64,000 bases of DNA from an uncultured bacterium. GTDB lineage: Bacteria > Bacillota > Clostridia > Lachnospirales > Lachnospiraceae. This document shows, piece after piece, positions 1-8,268 of the stretch. The position numbers and the translations under genes were made by a program. The notes beneath the pieces were generated by a model. The model had not been told where the DNA came from, searched no databases, and saw only the letters and a program-made list of their open reading frames with translations. The stretch spans positions 263-64,262 of the forward strand of contig CANRWP010000013.1 in NCBI GenBank assembly GCA_947643595.1, given 5' to 3'. The first letter of the stretch is position 1. The number at the start of each line of letters is the position of its first letter.

Positions 1-3000
1 GAACAGGATGCCGCTCTGGTTCTGGCTGTTATGCTCCTCAGCGTTGGTCGCATTGCCGTAGCCTGCGTCGTCGGTGCCTTCGCTCTTGCTGTTTTCCTTG
101 TTATTTCCATTTCCGTTGTTGCCGGAATTACCGTTTCCATTTCCGTTATTTCCGGAGTTTCCATTATTGCCGTTATTCCCGGAACTGCTGTTTCCGTTCC
201 CGTTATTCCCGCTCCCGGTGTTGTCCTTGTTGTTCCCATTGCCGTTGCCGGAATTGTCCTTCCAGTCCTCGTCGGTATGGAGGTTGTAGTTTAACTGGAA
301 GACACGGTTCCCGTCTCCGTCATAAGCCGCCGCCATTAAGAGCCTGTCCGCATCGTACACCGCCTGTAAGCGGTTCTCCACCGTGTAGTCGTAGTACGTC
401 TCTACTTTGTCCGTCCCGTACTCGCCGATCTCGGAGATCAGGTTGCCGTTATCGTCGTAGGTGTAATCAACGGTGGTATCCTTCTTCCCATCGAACAGCT
501 TCGCCGATACTAACTGGTTACTGTCATTATACTGATAAAATGCGCTCTCCGCAATGTCTGTCTTATTCGGATGTTTCGTGGTCTGGGTGCGTTTTACATA
601 GCTTAAGCGGTTCCCCACTTTGTCGTAGGTATAATCGTAGGTCGTGAGCCCGCTGTTCTCCTCCTGCTCCTTCGAGGATAAGAGCCTGCCGTTCTCATCG
701 TAGGTAAACTCCCTGTCCGTCTCCACGAGCTGGAAGTGGTATTCGCTGTCTTTGTCGTGCTTCCCGTTGTGCTTTGTGCCGTGGGGCATCTTGTCGTCGT
801 GCCTGCCGTCCTCATGGTGCCCGTTGTGCTTATCGTCCCAGGCGTAATCGTAGAGGCTCTCCACCGCTTTCTCTGTCGCGATATAGCCGTTATCGTCGTA
901 GGTGTAGTCGTACTGACTCACCACCCACCCGCACTCGTCGCAGGTGTTCTTCAGGCTGACGATCTGGTCCCTGGCATTGTAGGTGTTGTAGGTGCTGATG
1001 CCGTTCGGTCTGTGGATCTCCGTCACGCGGTTGATCGCGTCGTAAACATAGGTAGTGGTCTTCCCGTTCCGGTCCGTCACCGCCGTCAGGTTGTCGTTCT
1101 TGTCGTAAGCATAGCTTACCCTTGTGCCATCCGCGTAGACGATTGCTGCAAGCTGGTCACAGCCGTCGTATTCATAGCGGATGGTCTCCCCGTCTTCTTT
1201 ATCCGCGGTGTCCGCTCCCGCCTCCGCTGGTTTCCGGTAAGTGGTGACGCTGGTGATCCGCCCCAACCCGTCGTAGGTGTAGACAGAATCCCCGCTGGTG
1301 TCCATCATGCTGGTCCTCTGCCCAAGCAGGTCATAGCCGTAGAGCACGCCCGAAGGGTTCCCTTCGGAGACGGTATTGCCGATACTCTCCTGCACATCCC
1401 CGTTTTCATCCCGATAGGTTTTCTCCACCAGGTCATTCAGTGCATCGTAATCGTAGCGGATAGAATTCCCGCCGTTCATCGTATAAGAGGTCCGCCTGCT
1501 CCCCGTATCGTAGGTGAGTTTCTCCGTCCTGCCGGAGGCGTCTGTGATGCTTGTCAGGTTCTGCTCTAAATCGTAGGTATAGACTGTCTTCCTGCCCATC
1601 GCGTCGGTGACGCTGGTCAGGTTCCTCATGCTGTCATAGGTGTATTTCGTTTTCTCCCCCATGGGAGCCTGCACATAGATCAGGTTCCCGAGGATATCGT
1701 AGCCGTAGTTTGTCTTTTCTCCGCCGGTGGCAGTCTTACTGGTCAGGTTGTTGTGGTTCCCCCAGGTATAGTGCTCCGTCAGCTTCATCCGGTCGGTGAA
1801 AGCCGTCAGCCTGCTCCCCGCGTCGTATACATATTTCTCCGTCTCCGACAGGGGGTTCTTTGTCCCGATGAGCCTGTCGTCTTTGTCGTAGCTCCTCTCA
1901 TAGAGATAGCCCTTCGGATCGGTGATGCCGGTCAGGTTATAGTTGTTATCGTAAGCGTAGCCCGTGATCCGCTCGCCCGGTCTGCCTACGGAGGTGATAT
2001 GCCCCTCTTTGTCATAGCCTACCGCCATGATTTTTCCTTCCGGATCGGTGGCGGATACCAGGTCGTCGATCAAGTTCCACGCGTACTGCGTTGTGTAGCC
2101 CAAAGCATCCGTATAGCCGGAAAGGTTGCCGCGGATATCGTAAGTGTAAGTTCCCACGCCGCCCAGCGCATTCTCCGCCGTCAGCACCCGGTGCATGATG
2201 TCGTAGCTGTAGCTTTCTTTCCTGCCGAGATTATCGGCGCTCTTTACGATATTGCCCCTCGTGTCGTAGGTGAAGGTTTTCTCCAGTCCCAAAGGCGTGG
2301 TGATGCCGGTCAGGCGGTGCACTTTGTCGTAGCTGTAAGCATAGACGCCGCCGTCCGGGTTGGTCAGGCTCTTCACCAGGCCGTTCAAATCTACTTCGTA
2401 TGCCGTGGTATTTCCTTTCGCATCCGTCTTTCCGGTCACGATATCATGTTTATCATAAGTGTAGGAGGTCTCCGCCTCCAGCGGAGAAACTTCCTTCACA
2501 AGGTTGTCCATCAGGTCGTAGCTGTAGGAAGTCGTGAGCCCGTTGGGATCGGTGACGCTGCGCATCCGCCCCGCCTTGTCGTAGGTGTAGCTCTCTTTGT
2601 TCCCTTCCGGCGTGGTGATAGAAAGTACCCTGTCCATGGCGTCGTAAAGATAGGACGTCTCCCCGCCGTTGCCGTCTCTGTAAGCTACGGGCCTCTGCAA
2701 AGCATCGTAAACATACCCCGTCACGACGCCGTTGCCGTCGGTCTTTTCCGTTAAACTGCTGTCCTTATTGTAGGCGTAGAGGGTTTCCGCCCCCAGGGGG
2801 TTCACTTTCTTCGCCAAGCGGTTCAGCTTGTCATACACGTACTGGTATACTGCGTCCCCGGGTTCCGTCGTTTTGACCAGGTTCCCCGCGCCGTCGTATT
2901 CGTATGTGGTGCTCTTTTCCTCCGCATCCAAGATACCCACAAGGTCATTCCTTGCGTTGTAGCTGTAGGACGTCACCGCCGTGTCGATGCCGGTGCTCTT

Positions 3001-6000
3001 GACGATCCTGCCGAACATATCGTATTCATAGGCGGCAGTCCTGCCGATGGTATCCTTCTGCTCTGTCAGAGAGCCCCTCTCATCGTAGGCATACGCCATC
3101 TCATTGTCCGCGTTGTCGAAGGCTTTTACTACCCTGCCCATCGCGTCATAGAGGTAATAAGTGGTGAGCCCTGCGCGGTCCCTGCTGCATACCAGCCGCC
3201 CTAAGCTGTCATAGCGGAAGTATTCTTCGTCGCCGTTGGGACAGGTGACCTTTAAAAGGTTCCCCGCCGCGTCGAACGCCTGCTCCGTTGTCCTGCCCAG
3301 CACGTCCGTGGAGGAGGTAAGCTGCCCCAAAGCGTTGTAGCGGTAGGTGGTCAGCCCCTGCCCGGCGTCGGTCATCTGGGTGATCTGCCCCAGGCTGTCA
3401 TAGACAAACTTCGTCTCGCCGCCCAGAGCGTCCACCGCCTTTGTCAGTTCGCCGATGGCGTCATATTCATAAGTTGTTACGGCACCTTCCGGATCGGTGA
3501 CGGTCAGGAGGTTTCCGTTTTTGTCATAAGTGTAGCTGGTCTTTCCTTCCAAAGCGTCCAGTATCGTGATAAGCCGGTCCGCTTTATCGTAACCATAAAC
3601 GGTGGTGTTTCCATTCTGGTCCGTGGCGGCGGAGAGGTTCCCCGCGCCGTCGTAGCCGTAGGAGAAGGTATACCCTAACGGATCAGTCTCCCCAGTTAAG
3701 AGGTTCCTGCCGTTATAGCTGTAGGTATACTTCCTGCTCTCGTCGTCCCAGAGGGCGGAGAGGTTTCCCGCGCCGTCGTAGGAGAGGGTTGTTACAAGCC
3801 CCTTCTGGTCTGTCTGGGAGGAGAGCCTTCCTGCACCATCGTAAGCATAGGAAACTGTAGTATGATCCGCGTAGGTGACGCCTGCTACCCTGCCGTCCTT
3901 ATCGTACCGGTAGGCGGTGGCGTTCCCCTTGGCGTCCGTCCTTGTGAGGGCTTTGTCCAGCACCGTGTCGAACGCATACTGCGTTTTGGAGCCCCTCTTA
4001 TCGGTATAGCCCGTCAGGTTCCCCTTGGCGTCATACTCATAGCTCTGTACGTTGCCCATGGCATCCGTCTCTTTTACCAGGCGGTCCCTGCTGTCATACT
4101 CGTAGGTGGTGGTATTCCCCTGGGCGTCCGTTTCTGTCAGGATGTTATAGTTTCCGTCGTAGGTGTAAGTGAGGGTATTGCCCAGGGCGTCTTTGCCGTT
4201 TATCAGGTTGTAGGCGCTGTCGTAGGTAAATACCGCCGTGTTTCCGTTTTTGTCCGTGATGGCGGTGACATTCCCCGCCTGGTCGAAGGTATAAATTTCC
4301 TTCCCGCCTTCGCCGTCGGTTTCGCTGATGTTCCAGCCGCGCTTATTATAAGTATATCTCTTCACATGCCCCAGCGCGTCGGTCTCCGACAGCGTCCGGT
4401 TCATGGCGTCGTAGGCGTAGGCTGTGCTGTGGCCGTCTCCATCGGTAACCGAAGCAGGCACCGCCTCTGTCCCCTGATAATGGTAGGTTGTCGTATTGCC
4501 GTTCCCGTCGGTCAGGGATGTGCGGCGGTTTATCTCATCGTAAGTGCAGGTAACGCTCCTGCCGCTGCCGTCGGTCACCTTCACCGGATTTTCATGGGCA
4601 TCGTAAGTATACGCCGTCACATTCCCGGAGAAATTCGATTCCGTCAGGATCTGCCCGGCGCTGTCGTAGGAAAATGTCCTTGCCGCGCCGTCAGCCCTCG
4701 TCTCTTTTACGACGCGCCCTTTGGCGTCGTTTTCATAGCGGGTGGTGTTCCCCGCTTCATCCGTCTTTTCCGATAAGAAGCCCCTCCCGTCGTAGGCAAA
4801 GCGCTCCGTCCTGCCGTCCGGGTATTCCACCTTCGTGGTCCGCATCATATCGTCGTAGGTATACACTGTGACGTTCCCGTTGTTGTCCGTCGTGGTCGTC
4901 GTATTGCCGCTGTAGGAGAGCTTCGCCAGGTTTCCGTTGGCGTCCTTCTGGCTCGTCACCCTTCCCTTTTCGTCATAGGCATTCTCCACAACGGTAGTGC
5001 CGTTCTCGTCCTGCCAGGATGTCATATGGTGGTTACTGTCGTACTGGTAGCTTCGATAAGTGCCGTCGCCATAGGTAACTTTCACCAGGTCGTCATTGTC
5101 ATCGTATGTATAAGTGACCTTATTTCCGTCCGGCAGCGTGATCTCCTCGATCCGCTGGTCCTCGTCCATCCGGACGGAGAAAGTTTTCCCGGAAGGGGTG
5201 ACGATGGCGCAGAGATAGAAATCCGTATCGTACACTAACTCCGTCACGTTTCCATGGATATCTGTAATAGTTTTTAAGAGCCCGAATACGTCAAAGCCGT
5301 GGGTGACTCCCGACGGATCGGTCACAAGCCAGCCGTCCTCCGTCTGCTCTAAGGTATAGTCGTAGCCCTCCGGGGCTTTCCAGTCCCCGGTTTCTCCTTC
5401 GGGTTCGTCTGCATCTGTCCCGGCGCTGTCTTCTGTATCTCCTTCCTGTCCGTTTTCCTCCCCGGCGCTCCTCTCACTCACGAATGCCGCCGTGCCCCCT
5501 TCAAAGGGGAGCACCATGCCGTCCGCCGCGAAATATAATACCCTGCCGTCCTCGAGGAAGGAAAGGTTCTCGCTGTAAGGGGATGCCCAGCCCATGCCGA
5601 ACATGTTGCCGTAGTAAGCTCCCACAGAGCTGTAGTTCCTCTCTAAGGAGAAAGTCCCGCCGATGTCCGTCAGCGAAGCGTCCTCCTGCGTCATGTAAAA
5701 GCTTCCCGTGTTCAGATTCACCGGTTCAAAACCGTACATGCAGTGCAGCGCCCTGCCCCGCAGCAGCCCGTCGATCAGCGCCTGCAGGTTATAATCGATC
5801 TCTAAGTTGCTGTATGGCTCCGCTGTCTGCGGGTTCCGGATAAAGATTCTCTCCCCCTGAACGCAGAGCATGTCCGGCATATCGTTATCTTTTAAGATCG
5901 TATTGATATCCACCCCGTAGTGGTCCGCGATCCGGGGCAGCACATCGATCAGTTTTTCCTCATAGATCAGGAAGGTGTCGCTCGTCTTGACGTCGCTTTC

Positions 6001-8118
6001 CGCGGGAGCTCCCGTTAAGAGGTCCTTCCCTTTCGCCGTCGCCTCCACATGGTAGATCACATCGGTCTGCAGTTCCCCGGTATCCCCCTGCCAGTTGGAG
6101 CGTTTCTTCTTGTTCTCCCTCGCCAGCGGGTACTCCGCCCGGTAGAGGTCCGAATCCGGGTACAGCAGGGCGGAGGCCGCCGGTACGGTCTTTCCGCTGC
6201 CGCCTTCCACTAAAGTATAAGTAACCTCAGACTCCGCCTGGGATAAGCCGTTCGCCAGCACGGACAGGGTGGTGCTCCCGCCGAAGATGCTGTCCGCCAG
6301 GATCGGCTCCACATCCACCGTCAGGTCGTTGATATCCAGATTTGCAAGATCCACCAGTGCCCCGGTCCATGAGACCACGAGTTTCGGCCCGTAGGAGGCG
6401 GAGCTCCTGTTATAGAATACCTCGCACTGCATCTTCCCGGCGTCGGAGCTGCCGGATTTTTCCGTCTCCGCCTTCATCACAAAGCCGTAGTTCGGCGTCC
6501 ATCCGTTTATCCAGCCGGACACCGCGTCGGTCACATCGTAGATGATGCTCTGCCCGCGGCTCACGGAAGGCTTCGCGTCCACAAAGCTCCTGCCTAAAGA
6601 GAGCTGGGAGTTCCAGGTTAACCGCCCCGGCGTCCAGGCGTCCGTCACCTGATAGAGCCCGAACTGAGAGTTTCCTTTGCTCCACCCTGTCTTCTGGGTG
6701 ACTGAAAGCCCCGCGCTTGTGATCTCCGCCTCCGCCATCAGGGCGGAGAAGTCGTAGTTTATCATCATATAGGTCCGGCAGTTCAAATGCCTGCTGCCGA
6801 AACCCTTGTAGTTGCCCGATACCACGCCGTCGTCATAGCCCACGTAGGGGTACTGGTTATCCCCGATCACCGACCGGGGCGAACCCTCCTCCGCACAGGC
6901 GAGGGAAAAGGCGGATGGCCCCACATTTACCGCCGTGGGATCGATCCGAACCGGATATGCCCTGCTTTCATCCGAGAGCCATTCTTTGTCCGCCTCCACG
7001 CTGATCCGGTAAGTATCTTCTTCCGTCTCCTCCAATGATAATTTCACCGCGAAGGACACATCCCCCGCCGCGTCCACCATCTCCGGCGCTTCCAGGAAGT
7101 ACGCCGGCTCTTCCTTATTATCCTCATATAAAATAACCTGGTTCTCCGAAAGCTCCGCCTCCAGCCCGTCCGTGTAGAGCAGGTAGGAGAAGGTGTTTTT
7201 ATCATTCTTTTCCAGTAAGACGATATCCTCCTTCAGGCTGTCCCCCAGTACCGTGTACTGGTAGTCCACCCCGGGGAAGACGTCGCTGTAGCGGATGGCG
7301 TTGTCCTCCGCCATGCTTCTTGTAAAGTCCCCCTCCTCCGGCACAAGCTCTAACGTATGCCCGGAGGCGTCGATGTAGATTCCTTCCTGATCCGAGAGCT
7401 CCTCCGGCAGGGACACCTGCATGGCGCCGCTGCCGTTTTCGTACCGCACGCTCCCCAGGGCGTACCTTGCCATCGCCCCTGTCGATAAGGTGTTATCCGT
7501 CTCCTGAAGCTCCCCCTCTTCATCTATGTAATAGGAGGCGGAGGGGCCGATCACGGTCACGTAGGAGGCTTTTCCTTCTTCCTCTGTTTCCGCTCCTGCC
7601 GCCGCGGGCGCTTCCCCTGTCAGGTAGGTCCTGCTGTAGGCGTCGTATGCCACCAGCTCCCCGTAATCTTCCTCATCCCCCTCCGGGTAGTAGTTTTCCG
7701 GCTCCCGGAGCACGGGATCGTTGCCGGAAACGTCCTCAGGGACGTCGTTGCCGGAGACGTCGGCGTCTGCATCTGTCTCTTCGGCGCCATCGGTTTCTGT
7801 CCCGGTTTCCTCTTTATCTGATCCGCTGTCTGTCTCCGTATCTGCGCCCTCTTTGTCCGCATCCGTATCCTGATCAGCGCCTTCCGGGCCCGCATCCGTA
7901 TTCGTGTCGGTTCCTTTCTCATCGTCCTCTCCGGCAGTATCGGCATCCTTTTTGCCGCTGTCCTCTCCGGCGGTGTCTGTATCTTCCTGCACGCTTTTCA
8001 CTGTTTCTGTGCTTTTTTCATCCGCGCGCACTGTCATCGCCGCACCGTCCTGCAGCACCATGATGAACGCCAGCAGAAAACTCAGTATTCTTGCCTGCCA
8101 CCTTTGTTTTTTAAACAT
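1..8118 (-). CDS. Giant secreted RHS/YD-repeat protein (signal peptide, acidic linker, DNRLRE-like domain, LysM-like motif, DUF6531-like domain, YD repeats); 3' end runs off the window
   Basis: ATG at 8118 after GAGGAGG. Sampled segments translate in one frame: MFKKQRWQARILSFLLAFIMVL (signal), ...AYPVRIDPT, LPRIADHYGVDINTILKDN (LysM-like), EPVNLNTGSFY (DUF6531-like), many YD/YxYD repeats. The ORF track lists nothing in this frame, consistent with no stop inside the window. Confidence 0.9.
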   Translation of the reverse strand, partial: MFKKQRWQARILSFLLAFIMVLQDGAAMTVRADEKSTETVKSVQEDTDTAGEDSGKKDADTAGEDDEKGTDTNTDAGPEGADQDTDADKEGADTETDSGSDKEETGTETDGAEETDADADVSGNDVPEDVSGNDPVLREPENYYPEGDEEDYGELVAYDAYSRTYLTGEAPAAAGAETEEEGKASYVTVIGPSASYYIDEEGELQETDNTLSTGAMARYALGSVRYENGSGAMQVSLPEELSDQEGIYIDASGHTLELVPEEGDFTRSMAEDNAIRYSDVFPGVDYQYTVLGDSLKEDIVLLEKNDKNTFSYLLYTDGLEAELSENQVILYEDNKEEPAYFLEAPEMVDAAGDVSFAVKLSLEETEEDTYRISVEADKEWLSDESRAYPVRIDPTAVNVGPSAFSLACAEEGSPRSVIGDNQYPYVGYDDGVVSGNYKGFGSRHLNCRTYMMINYDFSALMAEAEITSAGLSVTQKTGWSKGNSQFGLYQVTDAWTPGRLTWNSQLSLGRSFVDAKPSVSRGQSIIYDVTDAVSGWINGWTPNYGFVMKAETEKSGSSDAGKMQCEVFYNRSSASYGPKLVVSWTGALVDLANLDINDLTVDVEPILADSIFGGSTTLSVLANGLSQAESEVTYTLVEGGSGKTVPAASALLYPDSDLYRAEYPLARENKKKRSNWQGDTGELQTDVIYHVEATAKGKDLLTGAPAESDVKTSDTFLIYEEKLIDVLPRIADHYGVDINTILKDNDMPDMLCVQGERIFIRNPQTAEPYSNLEIDYNLQALIDGLLRGRALHCMYGFEPVNLNTGSFYMTQEDASLTDIGGTFSLERNYSSVGAYYGNMFGMGWASPYSENLSFLEDGRVLYFAADGMVLPFEGGTAAFVSERSAGEENGQEGDTEDSAGTDADEPEGETGDWKAPEGYDYTLEQTEDGWLVTDPSGVTHGFDVFGLLKTITDIHGNVTELVYDTDFYLCAIVTPSGKTFSVRMDEDQRIEEITLPDGNKVTYTYDDNDDLVKVTYGDGTYRSYQYDSNHHMTSWQDENGTTVVENAYDEKGRVTSQKDANGNLAKLSYSGNTTTTTDNNGNVTVYTYDDMMRTTKVEYPDGRTERFAYDGRGFLSEKTDEAGNTTRYENDAKGRVVKETRADGAARTFSYDSAGQILTESNFSGNVTAYTYDAHENPVKVTDGSGRSVTCTYDEINRRTSLTDGNGNTTTYHYQGTEAVPASVTDGDGHSTAYAYDAMNRTLSETDALGHVKRYTYNKRGWNISETDGEGGKEIYTFDQAGNVTAITDKNGNTAVFTYDSAYNLINGKDALGNTLTYTYDGNYNILTETDAQGNTTTYEYDSRDRLVKETDAMGNVQSYEYDAKGNLTGYTDKRGSKTQYAFDTVLDKALTRTDAKGNATAYRYDKDGRVAGVTYADHTTVSYAYDGAGRLSSQTDQKGLVTTLSYDGAGNLSALWDDESRKYTYSYNGRNLLTGETDPLGYTFSYGYDGAGNLSAATDQNGNTTVYGYDKADRLITILDALEGKTSYTYDKNGNLLTVTDPEGAVTTYEYDAIGELTKAVDALGGETKFVYDSLGQITQMTDAGQGLTTYRYNALGQLTSSTDVLGRTTEQAFDAAGNLLKVTCPNGDEEYFRYDSLGRLVCSRDRAGLTTYYLYDAMGRVVKAFDNADNEMAYAYDERGSLTEQKDTIGRTAAYEYDMFGRIVKSTGIDTAVTSYSYNARNDLVGILDAEEKSTTYEYDGAGNLVKTTEPGDAVYQYVYDKLNRLAKKVNPLGAETLYAYNKDSSLTEKTDGNGVVTGYVYDALQRPVAYRDGNGGETSYLYDAMDRVLSITTPEGNKESYTYDKAGRMRSVTDPNGLTTSYSYDLMDNLVKEVSPLEAETSYTYDKHDIVTGKTDAKGNTTAYEVDLNGLVKSLTNPDGGVYAYSYDKVHRLTGITTPLGLEKTFTYDTRGNIVKSADNLGRKESYSYDIMHRVLTAENALGGVGTYTYDIRGNLSGYTDALGYTTQYAWNLIDDLVSATDPEGKIMAVGYDKEGHITSVGRPGERITGYAYDNNYNLTGITDPKGYLYERSYDKDDRLIGTKNPLSETEKYVYDAGSRLTAFTDRMKLTEHYTWGNHNNLTSKTATGGEKTNYGYDILGNLIYVQAPMGEKTKYTYDSMRNLTSVTDAMGRKTVYTYDLEQNLTSITDASGRTEKLTYDTGSRRTSYTMNGGNSIRYDYDALNDLVEKTYRDENGDVQESIGNTVSEGNPSGVLYGYDLLGQRTSMMDTSGDSVYTYDGLGRITSVTTYRKPAEAGADTADKEDGETIRYEYDGCDQLAAIVYADGTRVSYAYDKNDNLTAVTDRNGKTTTYVYDAINRVTEIHRPNGISTYNTYNARDQIVSLKNTCDECGWVVSQYDYTYDDNGYIATEKAVESLYDYAWDDKHNGHHEDGRHDDKMPHGTKHNGKHDKDSEYHFQLVETDREFTYDENGRLLSSKEQEENSGLTTYDYTYDKVGNRLSYVKRTQTTKHPNKTDIAESAFYQYNDSNQLVSAKLFDGKKDTTVDYTYDDNGNLISEIGEYGTDKVETYYDYTVENRLQAVYDADRLLMAAAYDGDGNRVFQLNYNLHTDEDWKDNSGNGNGNNKDNTGSGNNGNGNSSSGNNGNNGNSGNNGNGNGNSGNNGNGNNKENSKSEGTDDAGYGNATNAEEHNSQNQSGILF

Positions 8119-8176
8119 CTTTTCCTCCTCCTTCGTACACGGTTCCATTTATTTCAAAAATATTTCTTTAAAATTT

Positions 8177-8244
8177 ACGATAACAAATCGAAAAATTTTT
8201 TCAACATGTTGACCCTAAACGGTAAATGTTGACCGTAAATGGTT
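8177..8244 (-). promoter_or_regulatory. Putative LytTR-activated promoter of the RHS gene: tandem direct repeat plus extended -10
   Basis: Plus strand ATGTTGACCCTAAACGGT (8206) and ATGTTGACCGTAAATGGT (8226), period 20. Minus strand TGTTATCGT (8185-8177) resembles an extended -10. Confidence 0.7.
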
Positions 8245-8268
8245 GGTTTCCAAAGTTGGCAGGCCATC

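Noticed and set aside
95-265. Short tandem repeats as a possible CRISPR array
   Set aside because: Degenerate 6-18 nt coding units with no constant repeat/unique spacer structure and no cas genes.
31-8212. Many plus-strand ORFs of 60-330 aa
   Set aside because: Antisense shadows of the GC-rich RHS gene, with Val/Ile-rich composition mirroring the YD codons and no RBS support.
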